From: Ignavibacteriota bacterium
GTDB lineage: Bacteria > Bacteroidota > Ignavibacteria > UBA10030
Length of the DNA: 64,000 nucleotides
NCBI GenBank assembly: GCA_963727825.1
Contig: CAVSHO010000009.1
Location: 896,001 to 960,000, forward strand
Direction: 5' to 3'
This document shows positions 41,098 through 51,254 of this stretch, in pieces (position 1 is the first letter of the stretch; each line of letters starts with the position of its first letter). The notes beneath the pieces are model-generated. The model searched no databases and was not told where the DNA came from. It saw only the letters and a list, made by a program, of their open reading frames with translations. A program made the translations under genes and the position numbers.

Positions 41098-42411
41098 TTA
41101 AAAATTTATAACATCATTATAAAGAACGAACGCCATAAATACAAGCAGCAATATAAATCCTGCTTGTTGAAGAGCAATTTTTACTTTGCTGGGGACTTCC
41201 CGCCTGAATACAGCTTCATATACAAGAAAAACAAGGTGCCCGCCGTCAAGCGCAGGAAAGGGAAGAATGTTCAACAAAGCAAGACTGATACTTAATAAAC
41301 CGATGAATCCGAAGAATTCCAATACACCGTTGTCAGCAGACCTTTTTGCCAACTGAGCTATTTTAATAGGGCCGCCCATCGATTTACTTATTGAAACTTT
41401 TCCTGTCGCCATTTGATATAGATTGGAAAGAAAAAGAATGCTTGTTGTCTTCAATTCTCCAATACCAATCGGAAGAGCCTCAAATAAAGAATATTGCTTG
41501 TGAATAACAGGTCCCTCGTATGCACCCTCTAAAGCAATTCCGATTCGTCCTTCGGCAGTCGGTCTTACATGCGCGCTCATTTTCTGATTTCCGCGCGCCC
41601 AAGACAGCAAGATTTCTTTATCAGCATTTGATCGAATTGCTTCTTGTAGTGAACCAAAGCTCACAGGCACCTCATTAACCGCAAGAATTGTATCTCCAGG
41701 CTGCAAGCCAATTCCCTCTGCAGGTTTTCCATGATCCACGATAGTAACAACTGACATAAGGCCTGATGGAAGAATACCAAACCGCTCTTCGGTAATATCC
41801 GGTAGTTCTGCATGATTGATCAAAATATTGCTAATTATATTGGAACGACTCACTTGTATATTCAAATCGTTCGCCATTGATTCAGTATAAATCGTGCTTT
41901 CGATTTCATCCCACTGTTTCACAGGATGATTGTTGATGGAAACGATTTTATCGCCAACGTGCAGCCCGGATTTTGCAGCAATACTATTTTGTGCTATGTA
42001 CCCGATTTCTGTCACCGGACGAATCGTCTTACCTTCGTGAAAAATTATTCCCCAAAAAATGAAAACAGCAAGTAAAAGATTCATAATAACACCGGCGGAA
42101 ATAACGATCATGCGCTGCCATATCGGTTTCGAACGGAACTCCCACGGCTGTGGTTCTTTATCTAAGAATTCTGTATCGAAGCTTTCGTCAATCATGCCGG
42201 CAATTTTCACATAACCGCCAATGGGAATCCAGGATATACAGTAATCGGTCTCGCCTATTTTTTTACCAAACGCTCTCGGTGGAAAACCTAAACTGAAAGT
42301 GTCTACACGCATCTTAAAAAACTTGGCAGCAAGAAAATGTCCGAGTTCATGCACTAAAACGAGAATGCCAATTGTTATGATAAAATAAAATATCGTGCTT
42401 AATATCGCCAT
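41098..42411 (-). CDS. rseP: RIP metalloprotease RseP
   Basis: VHELGH, IPIGGYVKI, AGVIMN, two PDZ domains and NILPFPALDGGH. Confidence 0.97.
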   Translation of the reverse strand: MAILSTIFYFIITIGILVLVHELGHFLAAKFFKMRVDTFSLGFPPRAFGKKIGETDYCISWIPIGGYVKIAGMIDESFDTEFLDKEPQPWEFRSKPIWQRMIVISAGVIMNLLLAVFIFWGIIFHEGKTIRPVTEIGYIAQNSIAAKSGLHVGDKIVSINNHPVKQWDEIESTIYTESMANDLNIQVSRSNIISNILINHAELPDITEERFGILPSGLMSVVTIVDHGKPAEGIGLQPGDTILAVNEVPVSFGSLQEAIRSNADKEILLSWARGNQKMSAHVRPTAEGRIGIALEGAYEGPVIHKQYSLFEALPIGIGELKTTSILFLSNLYQMATGKVSISKSMGGPIKIAQLAKRSADNGVLEFFGFIGLLSISLALLNILPFPALDGGHLVFLVYEAVFRREVPSKVKIALQQAGFILLLVFMAFVLYNDVINF

Positions 42412-42450
42412 AAATTTAATTCACCTTTGACTAACTTTTAAAACTGCAAG

Positions 42451-43605
42451 TCACAATAAAGTTCGGACATACTCCCGTGTGTTATGATCGCTTTGAAACG
42501 TATGTTCAAGATCGGGCGAGACATGGTTCGTTTGTTTGGCAAGTGCCTGTTCAATTAATTCTGGAATTCTGTCAAATGAAATTTTCTTCTCTAAAAAAGC
42601 TTGCACTGCAATTTCGTTAGCAGCATTCATAACGGCAGGAGCAGTCCCACCCGATGCCATCGCGTCGTATGCTAATTGCAGGCAGCGGAATTTATTGAGG
42701 TCAGGCGCAAAAAATGTCATCGATTGCAACTTTGGAAAATCTATACGGCTTTCTCTCATTGGACATCGTTCTGGATATGTTAATGCATATTGAATTGGAA
42801 GCTTCATGTCCGGCACGCCAAGCTGCGCTTTTATGGAACCATCCACGAACTCTACCATTGAATGGATAATTGACTGCGGGTGAATCACAACATCAATACG
42901 TTCTGCTGGTATGCCGAATAACCAGTGGGCTTCTATAACTTCCAACCCCTTGTTCATCAACGTGGCGGAGTCGATTGTAATCTTATTTCCCATTTTCCAA
43001 TTAGGGTGATTCAATGCTTGTTCAATTGTAATAGAGGCGAATGCATCTTTAGGTGTATTTAAAAGTGGTCCACCGGATGCAGTTAGGATAATTCTGCTCG
43101 CACTATTTCGATCTTCACCGACAAGGCATTGTAAAATAGCACTGTGTTCACTATCGATCGGAACAAGATTTACCCTGTATTCTTTGACTAATGAAGTAAT
43201 AAATTCTCCGGCAACGACAAGTGTTTCTTTATTCGCAAGTGCAATGTGTTTTCTATGTTTGATTGCCTCAATTGTCGGTTTCAATCCAGCAAATCCGACA
43301 ATCGAATTGATGACTAAATCAACATCGTCCTGGCGTACAATTTCCAGTAATCCTTCGCGGCCGGCAAATACTTTTACCGAATCACCAACTTTTGACTTTA
43401 ACGCTGCAGCTTTAATTTCGTCTAAAACTACAACACCGCGTGGATGGAAATTCGCAATCTGGTTTTGGAGCAGCTCGATGTTGGTGTTAGTTGTAAGATA
43501 GGTAATACTGAATCTGTCTGAAAGATTATGAATTACCGAAAGACAATTCCGGCCAATAGAGCCGGTCGAACCAAGGATAGCAATATGCTTTGAATTCTGA
43601 CTCAT
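42451..43605 (-). CDS. dxr: 1-deoxy-D-xylulose-5-phosphate reductoisomerase
   Basis: LGSTGSIG, LANKETLV, PIDSEHSA, HPNWKMGNKITIDSATLMNKGLE and NAANE. Confidence 0.98.
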   Translation of the reverse strand: MSQNSKHIAILGSTGSIGRNCLSVIHNLSDRFSITYLTTNTNIELLQNQIANFHPRGVVVLDEIKAAALKSKVGDSVKVFAGREGLLEIVRQDDVDLVINSIVGFAGLKPTIEAIKHRKHIALANKETLVVAGEFITSLVKEYRVNLVPIDSEHSAILQCLVGEDRNSASRIILTASGGPLLNTPKDAFASITIEQALNHPNWKMGNKITIDSATLMNKGLEVIEAHWLFGIPAERIDVVIHPQSIIHSMVEFVDGSIKAQLGVPDMKLPIQYALTYPERCPMRESRIDFPKLQSMTFFAPDLNKFRCLQLAYDAMASGGTAPAVMNAANEIAVQAFLEKKISFDRIPELIEQALAKQTNHVSPDLEHTFQSDHNTREYVRTLL

Positions 43606-43616
43606 GTTGTGATTTC

Positions 43617-43645
43617 AAGGTAATCAAAATCGTTAGGCATGTCAA
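43617..43645 (-). promoter_or_regulatory. Putative sigma70 promoter of dxr-rseP
   Basis: Minus strand reads TTGACA-N17-TACCTT, just upstream of the dxr start. Confidence 0.4.
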
Positions 43646-43733
43646 GGAAGGCAATTTTCACAAGTCACCACCGCAAATCGAACTTGTTTTTTGTATATTG
43701 ACGAAGAACAAATTATATAGTCGAAAGTAAAAT

Positions 43734-45569
43734 GTGAAAATTGAAAATAATATTAAAATAATATTCCTATTTGGGATTCTCGCGTTTTCCCAGTTCGCCC
43801 GTACACAAGACACAGATAAACTAGCAAAGCTTCGTCTAGCACAAGGATTTGAAGAAACTGGCGAATGGGAACGAGCAGTAGCTCTCTACGAAGACCTCAG
43901 CAGGTTAGAACCGAATAATTATTTATTTCTTGATGGGCTCCAGCGCAGTTATATGCAAATCAAAGAGTATGGCAAAGCTATCAACGTTATTCGCCGATGG
44001 CTAATCTTTCAACCGGGAGATATGAATAAAATGACAGCGCTCGGCGGACTTTATTATGACGCTGGTAATGAAGCAGCTGCAGACTCCGTATGGAAATCAG
44101 TCATAGCGATTGACCCGCATAACATACAAATTTATCGAATTGTCGCCAATGAAATGTTGCAGCATCGCATGTATGATCAATGTATCAAAACTTATCTTAA
44201 TGGGCGTTCGATCAGTAAGAATAAGGCGATATTTGCAGATGAATTAGGGAATCTTTACGCCGCACTTCAGCAGTACATATCTGCATCAAAAGAATATATA
44301 CGCTTGATAAAAACAACACCGGAGCAATTGCCTCTTGTTCAATCGCGTCTCAGTGCATTTACTGCTAAACCGGAAGGCATAAGTGCAGCTTCCGAGACAG
44401 TTATGGATGAATTGAAAAACTCGCCGGATAATATTGCTTTGCATCGATTGTATGCGTGGCTTTTGTCGGAGGAACGACGCTATGACGCAGCGTTGGAGCA
44501 ATATCGAATCATAGATCGTCTCTCTAACGCGAACGGCAACGAACTGTTCAATTTTGCCCAGCAGATTCATCAGGAGCGAGAATATAAAACTGCGGCGGAA
44601 GCATTCAAAGAAATTATTAACAAATATCAAAATTCTCAGATTTTATCGTATGCGCGTTTCGGTTATGCTCGATCGCTTGAAGAACTGGTTGCTCTGCCAG
44701 ATACAACTATGTCATTATCAGAATCGCAACTGACGTACAATATTCCGATTCAACTATACGAAACGATTGCTGCTGAACATGCGAATCCCGATCTCGCCGC
44801 TCAATCGTTGTATCGCATAGGCGTTATAAAATTTGACAAACTCTTCGACCTCAATGGTGCTCTTAATGCATTCAATCGATTGAAGGATGTACCGTTAACA
44901 TCGAATATTTCTAATGATGCTTTGCTAAAGATAGGTGATATACAAATTGCGCGGAACGATCTTGCTGCGGCACGAAAAGAATATGATCGGCTTAGCAAGA
45001 TTTCGATTGTAGTGTATCAAGACCAAGCGTCATTCAAATTAGCGGAGTTGGATTACTTTGAGGCGAAGTTCGATTCGGCGCTATCAATTCTGAAGCGGTT
45101 CAATGCAAATCCTAATACTGATTTTACGAATGACGCGTTGCAACTGCAATACTTTATTCAAGAAAACAACATATCTGCACCGGAAGCACTGATGGAATTT
45201 GCCAAAGCTGATTTGTTAATGCGCCAGCGCAAATACTCAGAGTCGCTTGTTCAGTTTCAAGATATTGCCAAACACTATTCAACGGCATTATTGGTAGATG
45301 ATGCGATGATGAAGATTGGTAAACTGTATCTTTTATTGAAACGTCCGAATGAAGCAATAACGGCATTCAGTTTTATTGCCGACTCAATTCAGTTAAGTAT
45401 TCTCAAAGATCGCGCACAATTTAAAATAGCGGAAATTTGTCAGACAGTTTTAAACAATAAAGCGCGAGCAATTGACGGCTATGAAAAATTGCTATCGCAA
45501 TTTCCCAACTCTCTTTATGCAGAAGAATCTCGGAAAAGAATACGGTTGTTGAGAGGAGATAATCTATAA
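43734..45569 (+). CDS. Secreted tetratricopeptide repeat protein
   Basis: Signal peptide and many TPR-like helical repeats ending ...YEKLLSQFPNSLYAEESRKRIRLLRGD. Confidence 0.9.
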   Translation: MKIENNIKIIFLFGILAFSQFARTQDTDKLAKLRLAQGFEETGEWERAVALYEDLSRLEPNNYLFLDGLQRSYMQIKEYGKAINVIRRWLIFQPGDMNKMTALGGLYYDAGNEAAADSVWKSVIAIDPHNIQIYRIVANEMLQHRMYDQCIKTYLNGRSISKNKAIFADELGNLYAALQQYISASKEYIRLIKTTPEQLPLVQSRLSAFTAKPEGISAASETVMDELKNSPDNIALHRLYAWLLSEERRYDAALEQYRIIDRLSNANGNELFNFAQQIHQEREYKTAAEAFKEIINKYQNSQILSYARFGYARSLEELVALPDTTMSLSESQLTYNIPIQLYETIAAEHANPDLAAQSLYRIGVIKFDKLFDLNGALNAFNRLKDVPLTSNISNDALLKIGDIQIARNDLAAARKEYDRLSKISIVVYQDQASFKLAELDYFEAKFDSALSILKRFNANPNTDFTNDALQLQYFIQENNISAPEALMEFAKADLLMRQRKYSESLVQFQDIAKHYSTALLVDDAMMKIGKLYLLLKRPNEAITAFSFIADSIQLSILKDRAQFKIAEICQTVLNNKARAIDGYEKLLSQFPNSLYAEESRKRIRLLRGDNL

Positions 45570-45573
45570 AATA

Positions 45574-45603
45574 CAAAAAGCTCAGATTGCTTTGAGCCTT
45601 TTG
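45574..45603. terminator. Terminator hairpin between convergent genes
   Basis: CAAAAAGCTCA-GATTGCTT-TGAGCCTTTTG. Confidence 0.55.
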
Positions 45604-45631
45604 TTGACAGTTGTTCTTTTCGTAATGCCCT

Positions 45632-45659
45632 GTAGAGACGTTTAATTAAACGTCTCTAC
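45632..45659. repeat. Perfect 28-bp palindrome, GTAG-type REP
   Basis: GTAGAGACGTTTAA|TTAAACGTCTCTAC, immediately after the hydA stop. Confidence 0.8.
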
Positions 45660-45664
45660 CATGG

Positions 45665-47500
45665 TTATATCGCGTGTTCCGTTTCTTTCTTTTTCTTCTT
45701 TGCTTCACCGTTTCCGTTTGATTGCCATACAAACAATCCACGCTTCTCGTATGTTGTGTGTAGAAGATTGTGCGACATATGCCCCAATGGTTCTTTTAAG
45801 AACTCTTTGTATAGCGTCGCAATTTGAGGATTCTCATGTGACTTACGAATCGGTTTGTTGGAATCCTCCAGATAAATAGATTCGGCTCTTTTCTTCTTTA
45901 TTTCCCATGTAGTAGGAATCGGCTGACCGCCACCACCAAGGCATCCGCCCGGACAAGTCATCACTTCGATAAACGCATATGGTGATTCCTTCTTTTCTAT
46001 TTGTTCGAAAAGCTTCCGTGCATTACCCAGCGTATGTGCTACCGCAACTCTGACCTTTGTGCCGTTCATATCGACTTCTGCTTCTTTGATGCCTTCCATT
46101 CCACGGACAGCGGTGAAATTGATGTTTGCAAGCGTTTTACCGGTAACAACTTCATACGCGGTTCTTAGTGCAGCTTCCATGACACCACCTGTTGCTCCGA
46201 ATATCACCGCAGCACCTGTGGATTCACCCAACGGGCTGTCGAATTCTTCGGCTGGAAGATCAGAGAATTGAATTCCTGATTCCTTGAACATCCGGGCAAG
46301 CTCTCTTGTTGTCAGCACATAATCAACATCATAAAACGCATCGTCTTGTGACCATCCCTTCTTATCTTTCCAATGCTCGAAGGCGCTCATCATTTCAGGG
46401 CGCTTTGCTTCGTATTTCTTTGCTGTGCAAGGCATAATTGAAACGACGACCATCTTTCGCGGATCTATTCCCATCTTTGCTGCATAATATGTTTTCGCTA
46501 CCGATCCGAACATTTGCTGCGGTGATTTACATGTAGATAGATGAGCAAGCGAGTTTGGAAAGAAATGTTCGGCAAACTTGATCCATCCGGGCGAGCAAGA
46601 GGTGATCATTGGAAGGGTACCTTTGTTCGTGATGCGTTTGATTAATTCATGGCCTTCTTCCATAATAGTAAGATCTGCAGTAAACTGTGTATCGAAGACT
46701 TTATTGAAGCCGAGTCTACGTAAACCGGCGACCATCTGGCCTGTCACAAGAGCGCCGGGCCCCATTCCCATGGCTTCTCCAATGCCAACACGAATTGCAG
46801 GTGCAGTTTGCACAACGACAACTTTATCCGGATTCAAAAGGTCTTCAAATACTTCATTTGTGTCGTCCCGTTCAACAATAGCTCCAGTGGGACACACTAG
46901 TGCGCATTGACCGCAATTAGTGCAGGCAACATTTCCAAGACCTTTTTCCATGTAAGTTGAAATCTTAGTTTTAATGCCGCGTCCGGATAAACCGATTGCA
47001 TACACTGTTTGAATGTTGCCGCAGACAGCAATACACCGGCCGCATAAGATACATTTGTTAGGATCTCTAATTATGGCAGGCGAGGTCTCATCACAAAGCT
47101 GTTCTTTTTTCGTCCGAACAAAGCGACTCTCTTTTATACCTAATTCAGAAGCAATAGCCTGCAATTCGCAATTCTGGTTGCGCAGGCATGAAAGACAATC
47201 TTTTGGATGGTTAGCAAGAATTAATTCAACATTCGTTTTTCTTGCATCACGGATACGTGCTGAGTTCGTTACAATCTCTGTTCCCTCGTGCACACAGGCG
47301 GTACAGGAACGAACAAGTGATCGCGCACCTTTCACTTCAACAACACAAACTCCGCACGAAGAATTTCTAGAAACATCCTCAAGATAACAAAGCGTCGGTA
47401 TTTCGATTCCCGCCCGTTTGCAGGCATCGAGGATCGTGATACCATCGGGAGCCTGATAATCTTTACCGTTAATTTTAATATTGATCATCTTCGTTTCCAT
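45665..47500 (-). CDS. hydA: [FeFe] hydrogenase catalytic subunit, group A (HydA/HndD-like)
   Basis: N-terminal [2Fe-2S], His-ligated [4Fe-4S] (HPKDCLSC) and two [4Fe-4S] clusters; H-cluster motifs TSCSPGW, MPCTAKKYE and EVMTCPGGCLGGGGQP; small-subunit tail RKSHENP. Confidence 0.97.
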   Translation of the reverse strand: METKMINIKINGKDYQAPDGITILDACKRAGIEIPTLCYLEDVSRNSSCGVCVVEVKGARSLVRSCTACVHEGTEIVTNSARIRDARKTNVELILANHPKDCLSCLRNQNCELQAIASELGIKESRFVRTKKEQLCDETSPAIIRDPNKCILCGRCIAVCGNIQTVYAIGLSGRGIKTKISTYMEKGLGNVACTNCGQCALVCPTGAIVERDDTNEVFEDLLNPDKVVVVQTAPAIRVGIGEAMGMGPGALVTGQMVAGLRRLGFNKVFDTQFTADLTIMEEGHELIKRITNKGTLPMITSCSPGWIKFAEHFFPNSLAHLSTCKSPQQMFGSVAKTYYAAKMGIDPRKMVVVSIMPCTAKKYEAKRPEMMSAFEHWKDKKGWSQDDAFYDVDYVLTTRELARMFKESGIQFSDLPAEEFDSPLGESTGAAVIFGATGGVMEAALRTAYEVVTGKTLANINFTAVRGMEGIKEAEVDMNGTKVRVAVAHTLGNARKLFEQIEKKESPYAFIEVMTCPGGCLGGGGQPIPTTWEIKKKRAESIYLEDSNKPIRKSHENPQIATLYKEFLKEPLGHMSHNLLHTTYEKRGLFVWQSNGNGEAKKKKKETEHAI

Positions 47501-47509
47501 GTTATCCTC

Positions 47510-50500
47510 TTAGTTATCTTCTTCTTGGTGGCATTTGACATCACATCGCAGACAACGAGCAGCTTCCTGCAGGGCTTCTTCTCCGGAATACCCGCCCAGA
47601 ACTTCTTGAAAACTTGAAATTCGTTCCTTGACAGGAAGTTTTTGTGGGTTGATTTTTTTGCCGCCTTCCGGTTCAGGAATCACTTCATCTTTATATTTGA
47701 AATCCCTAAATAACCGATGAAATCGTTTCTCCTTCATCAAATCTATATCAATCGCTTCTGCCGCTTGGCGGGCAAGTCCCATAGCTTCAGAGACCGTCGC
47801 CGGTCCGGAAACTGCATCGCCGCCGGCATAGACCTTAGGTAAGTTAGTCCTGCAGCTTGGCTGTTGCACTTTGATAGAACCATTCTTTCTGAGTTCCAGA
47901 CCAATTTCCTTTGCGGATTCAAATTCAACTTTCTCACCGAGGGAGAGAATAATCGTATTGCATTCCACTATTGCAGTCTCGCCGGTTTCTATCGGTTTCT
48001 TTCGCCCGGTATTATCGAAACCGTCGAACTTCATTTTATGAATTTCAAGGCCTGTAACTTTTCCTTTTATATCACTGATGGCTCGATGTGGTGCAGACAA
48101 AAATATAAACCGGATGTTCTCGTCTATAGCATCTTTAATTTCATGAGCATTAGCCGGCATCTCATCTTTATCGCGGCGATAGACAATCGTCACATCGGTA
48201 CCGAGCCGCAGACATGAGCGTGCTGCATCAATTGCTACATTCCCAGCGCCAACGACAACAACCTTCTTTCCAAGATGAAGTTTCTTCCCGCTCGCAAATT
48301 TCTCAAGGAATTCATAACCTTGAAGAACTCCTGTTAGATGTCTGCCCGGAATATCAAGTTCAATATCTTTCTGAGCACCGATAGCAAGGAAGACAGCATC
48401 ATTCTGCTTTTGCAGATTCTTGAATGAAAATTCTTTGCCAATATGCGTATTGAAGACGAATTTTACACCAAGTTTTCTAAAGAGTTCAAGTTCTTTATTG
48501 AGACCATCTTTCGGTAAACGATATGCTGGAATTCCGTATTGTAGAATTCCGCCTGCTTTTGCATGATTATCATATACTGTGACGTTATGACCCAGACGAA
48601 CGAGAAAATATGCTGCAGTCAATCCGGCGGGCCCTGCCCCGACAATTGCAATTTTCTTACCTGTAGGGGATAGCTTTTCTTTTATCAACCGCTGATAAGT
48701 TTCTCGCTCCTTGCCCATTTTGTACATTGTATCTGCAAGATAGCGGTGAATATCGCCTTGTGAGACCGGATCATCTACCATATCTCTTCGGCATCGCAAT
48801 TGGCAATGGAAGTAGCAAATTCTTCCGACTGTACCAGGTAAAGGATTATCACGCAGTGTGAGTTCAAATGCTTCTTCGATCCGTCCTTCTTTTAAAAGTT
48901 GAAGGTACCCGGGAATGTTCATATGCATTGGACAGCTATTTTCACATAGTGCCATGAACAAGCTCTCACATACACCAGCTTTACACCGCTTTTGAATTAT
49001 ATGTTTTTCGTATTCATCGCGGAAGTAACGCAATGTGCTCAATACCGGATTCGAACTCGTTTGTCCCAAACCGCAAAGTGCAGAATCTCGAATTACATAA
49101 GCTAATCGCTCAAGTGTATCTAAATCTTCCATGGTTGCTTCGCCGCGTGTGATTTTGTTGAGAAGCGCGAGTGCTTGCGCCAGTCCTTCGCGGCATGGCG
49201 TGCATTTCCCGCACGATTCAGCATAAGTTACTTCAACAAAGTAGCGTGCAACATCTACCATACAATTATCCTGATCCATTACGACCATACCACCTGAACC
49301 CATGATCGTACCGAGTTTCGTTAGAGATTCATAATCTACCGGTGTATTGAAATATTCAACTGGAATGCAGCCACCCGACGGACCACCTGTTTGCACTGCA
49401 CGAATTTTCTTTTTGTTACCCGTGCCTTCGCCCATCTGATAAATTATATTTTCCAGCGGTGTACCAAGCGGCAATTCAACAAGGCCGGTGTTCTTAATTT
49501 TTCCAACAAGTGAAAATACTTTTGTTCCTGTGCTGGTTTGTGTTCCAAACTTTGCAAATGCATCTCCGCCAATCGTTAGAATGAGAGGGATATTGATCCA
49601 TGTTTCCACATTATTGATATTGGTCGGTTTGCCCCACAACCCTTTTTGTGCAGGATACGGCGGCCGCGGAAGAGGTCTACCTGCTCTCCCTTCGATCGAT
49701 GCAATAAGCGCGGTTTCCTCTCCACATACAAACGCACCAGCCCCTTCCACATACGACATATCGAAGCTGAACGAAGATCCAAAAATGTTCTTTCCCAGAA
49801 TACCATATTCCTTCGCTGCGGCAACCGCTTTTTTAAATCGTTCAACAGCAAGCGGATACTCGGCTCTTACATACATCACACCTTCAGAAGCACCCATCAC
49901 GTACGCACCGATCAGCATTCCTTCGATAAGTGCATGGGGGTCGCTTTCAATTTCGTTTCGATTCATATAAGCGCCCGGATCACCTTCGTCAGCATTACAG
50001 ATAATATATTTTTTATCCGTTTCGACTTTCTTCATCATTTCCCATTTAATAGCTGTCGGGAAGCCGGCGCCGCCGCGTCCACGCAATTTTGATTTCTTGA
50101 CCTCATCGAGAACAGAATCAGGCGTCATTTGCGTTAACACCTTCATCAAGGCGCTGTAACCGCCGACAGCGATATAATCTTCGATATCTTCCGGATTGAT
50201 TAATCCGGAATCACGAAGGACGATCTTCTTCTGCCCTTTGAAGAATGGAATTTCATTCCAAAGAGGAACACTACTCAGCCCGGTTCCGAACTCTACTCTC
50301 GAGGTATAAAAATTCCAATTTTCGATTCTGCATAATGCCTTCTTCAGCGGTATCATTCCCCTGCAAAGACCATCAACAATACTCTCGGCATCCTTCGGGA
50401 TAACTTTGTGTAGAATGACAAGCGGCTGTCCCGGGACATAACAATTGACAAGTGTCTCTTCAGCACAAAAACCGAAGCAGCCTATAAGCGTTAATTGAAT

Positions 50501-50671
50501 CTTTGCTCTTTTTGCTCTAATAGCTTTCTGTAGACTTTCATATACTTCTTTTGCCCCGTTGCCGAGACCGCATGTTCCCATACCGACGGAAATTTTTGGT
50601 ACGTCGGGAAGAAATTTTGCCAATCCCTGTTGCCTAATCTTTTCCAATGTTGAAGCATCATGTATCTTCAT
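47510..50671 (-). CDS. hydB: NuoF/HydB-like FMN/NADH subunit fused to a GltD-like FAD/NAD(P)H module
   Basis: Thioredoxin-like 2Fe-2S domain; LRGRGGAGFPT, NADEGDPGA, GAFVCGEETAL, GGPSGG and ESCGKCTPCREG. Then CENSCP...GRICYFHCQLRCRR, GAGPAGL, GAGNVAIDAAR, VYRR, YAGGD and EAARCLRC. Confidence 0.93.
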   Translation of the reverse strand: MKIHDASTLEKIRQQGLAKFLPDVPKISVGMGTCGLGNGAKEVYESLQKAIRAKRAKIQLTLIGCFGFCAEETLVNCYVPGQPLVILHKVIPKDAESIVDGLCRGMIPLKKALCRIENWNFYTSRVEFGTGLSSVPLWNEIPFFKGQKKIVLRDSGLINPEDIEDYIAVGGYSALMKVLTQMTPDSVLDEVKKSKLRGRGGAGFPTAIKWEMMKKVETDKKYIICNADEGDPGAYMNRNEIESDPHALIEGMLIGAYVMGASEGVMYVRAEYPLAVERFKKAVAAAKEYGILGKNIFGSSFSFDMSYVEGAGAFVCGEETALIASIEGRAGRPLPRPPYPAQKGLWGKPTNINNVETWINIPLILTIGGDAFAKFGTQTSTGTKVFSLVGKIKNTGLVELPLGTPLENIIYQMGEGTGNKKKIRAVQTGGPSGGCIPVEYFNTPVDYESLTKLGTIMGSGGMVVMDQDNCMVDVARYFVEVTYAESCGKCTPCREGLAQALALLNKITRGEATMEDLDTLERLAYVIRDSALCGLGQTSSNPVLSTLRYFRDEYEKHIIQKRCKAGVCESLFMALCENSCPMHMNIPGYLQLLKEGRIEEAFELTLRDNPLPGTVGRICYFHCQLRCRRDMVDDPVSQGDIHRYLADTMYKMGKERETYQRLIKEKLSPTGKKIAIVGAGPAGLTAAYFLVRLGHNVTVYDNHAKAGGILQYGIPAYRLPKDGLNKELELFRKLGVKFVFNTHIGKEFSFKNLQKQNDAVFLAIGAQKDIELDIPGRHLTGVLQGYEFLEKFASGKKLHLGKKVVVVGAGNVAIDAARSCLRLGTDVTIVYRRDKDEMPANAHEIKDAIDENIRFIFLSAPHRAISDIKGKVTGLEIHKMKFDGFDNTGRKKPIETGETAIVECNTIILSLGEKVEFESAKEIGLELRKNGSIKVQQPSCRTNLPKVYAGGDAVSGPATVSEAMGLARQAAEAIDIDLMKEKRFHRLFRDFKYKDEVIPEPEGGKKINPQKLPVKERISSFQEVLGGYSGEEALQEAARCLRCDVKCHQEEDN

Positions 50672-51189
50672 GACTTTTTCCGTCCCTTCGATATTTTACT
50701 AAGAAGTTTCTGCAATTTAGAGGTTGTTACATTGCTGTAAATAACCCCGTCAATCGCTACGACAGGTGCGAGCGCGCACTGGCCGAAACATGCTACCGTG
50801 GAAATTGTGAATTGATTGTCCGGTGTTGTAAAGAACGATTCTCCCTCTTCAAGCGCTTTGCTGCATCCCAACATTAATCCCAGATCATCGAGCAACGCTT
50901 TTGATCCCTTTGTGTGGCAGGCAGTTCCCCTGCAAACTGTTAGTGTGTGTTTGCCCTGAGGTTTGAGATTGAAGAACGAAAAGAAAGTAACGACGTTGTA
51001 CACTCGGGAGAGTGGAACGCCGGTTCGGAGAGCAACATGGTTAAGAGCTTCCTCGGAAAGAAATTTTTGTTCGCAGAGAAGTTGTGTCTCCTCAAGTATA
51101 CTTAACAATTCACCGTGCTGCCCCTTGTGTTTTGTAATGACTGAATCGATTTCCTGTAATTCTCGCGACAACGTTTGAGTTCCGTTCAT
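50668..51189 (-). CDS. hydC: NuoE/HydC-like [2Fe-2S] subunit
   Basis: VTFFSFFNLKPQG, CRGTACH and ACFGQCALAP; ATGA overlap with hydB. Confidence 0.95.
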   Translation of the reverse strand: MNGTQTLSRELQEIDSVITKHKGQHGELLSILEETQLLCEQKFLSEEALNHVALRTGVPLSRVYNVVTFFSFFNLKPQGKHTLTVCRGTACHTKGSKALLDDLGLMLGCSKALEEGESFFTTPDNQFTISTVACFGQCALAPVVAIDGVIYSNVTTSKLQKLLSKISKGRKKS

Positions 51190-51239
51190 AACTGCCCCTA
51201 ATAATTTTTCTGTTCGTTTTAAGCTAATGTTTTATATAC

Positions 51240-51254
51240 GCAACTTTCGTTCCA
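51240..51254 (-). promoter_or_regulatory. Sigma54 (-24/-12) promoter of the hydrogenase operon
   Basis: Minus strand reads TGGAAC-GAAAG-TTGC, with GG and GC at the canonical spacing, 50 bp upstream of the hydC start. Confidence 0.65.

Noticed and set aside
38137-42411. RseP as the dedicated protease of the FecR protein
   Set aside because: dxr-rseP is a widely conserved housekeeping pair, and this FecR lacks the cytoplasmic anti-sigma domain that RseP releases; adjacency alone is not evidence.
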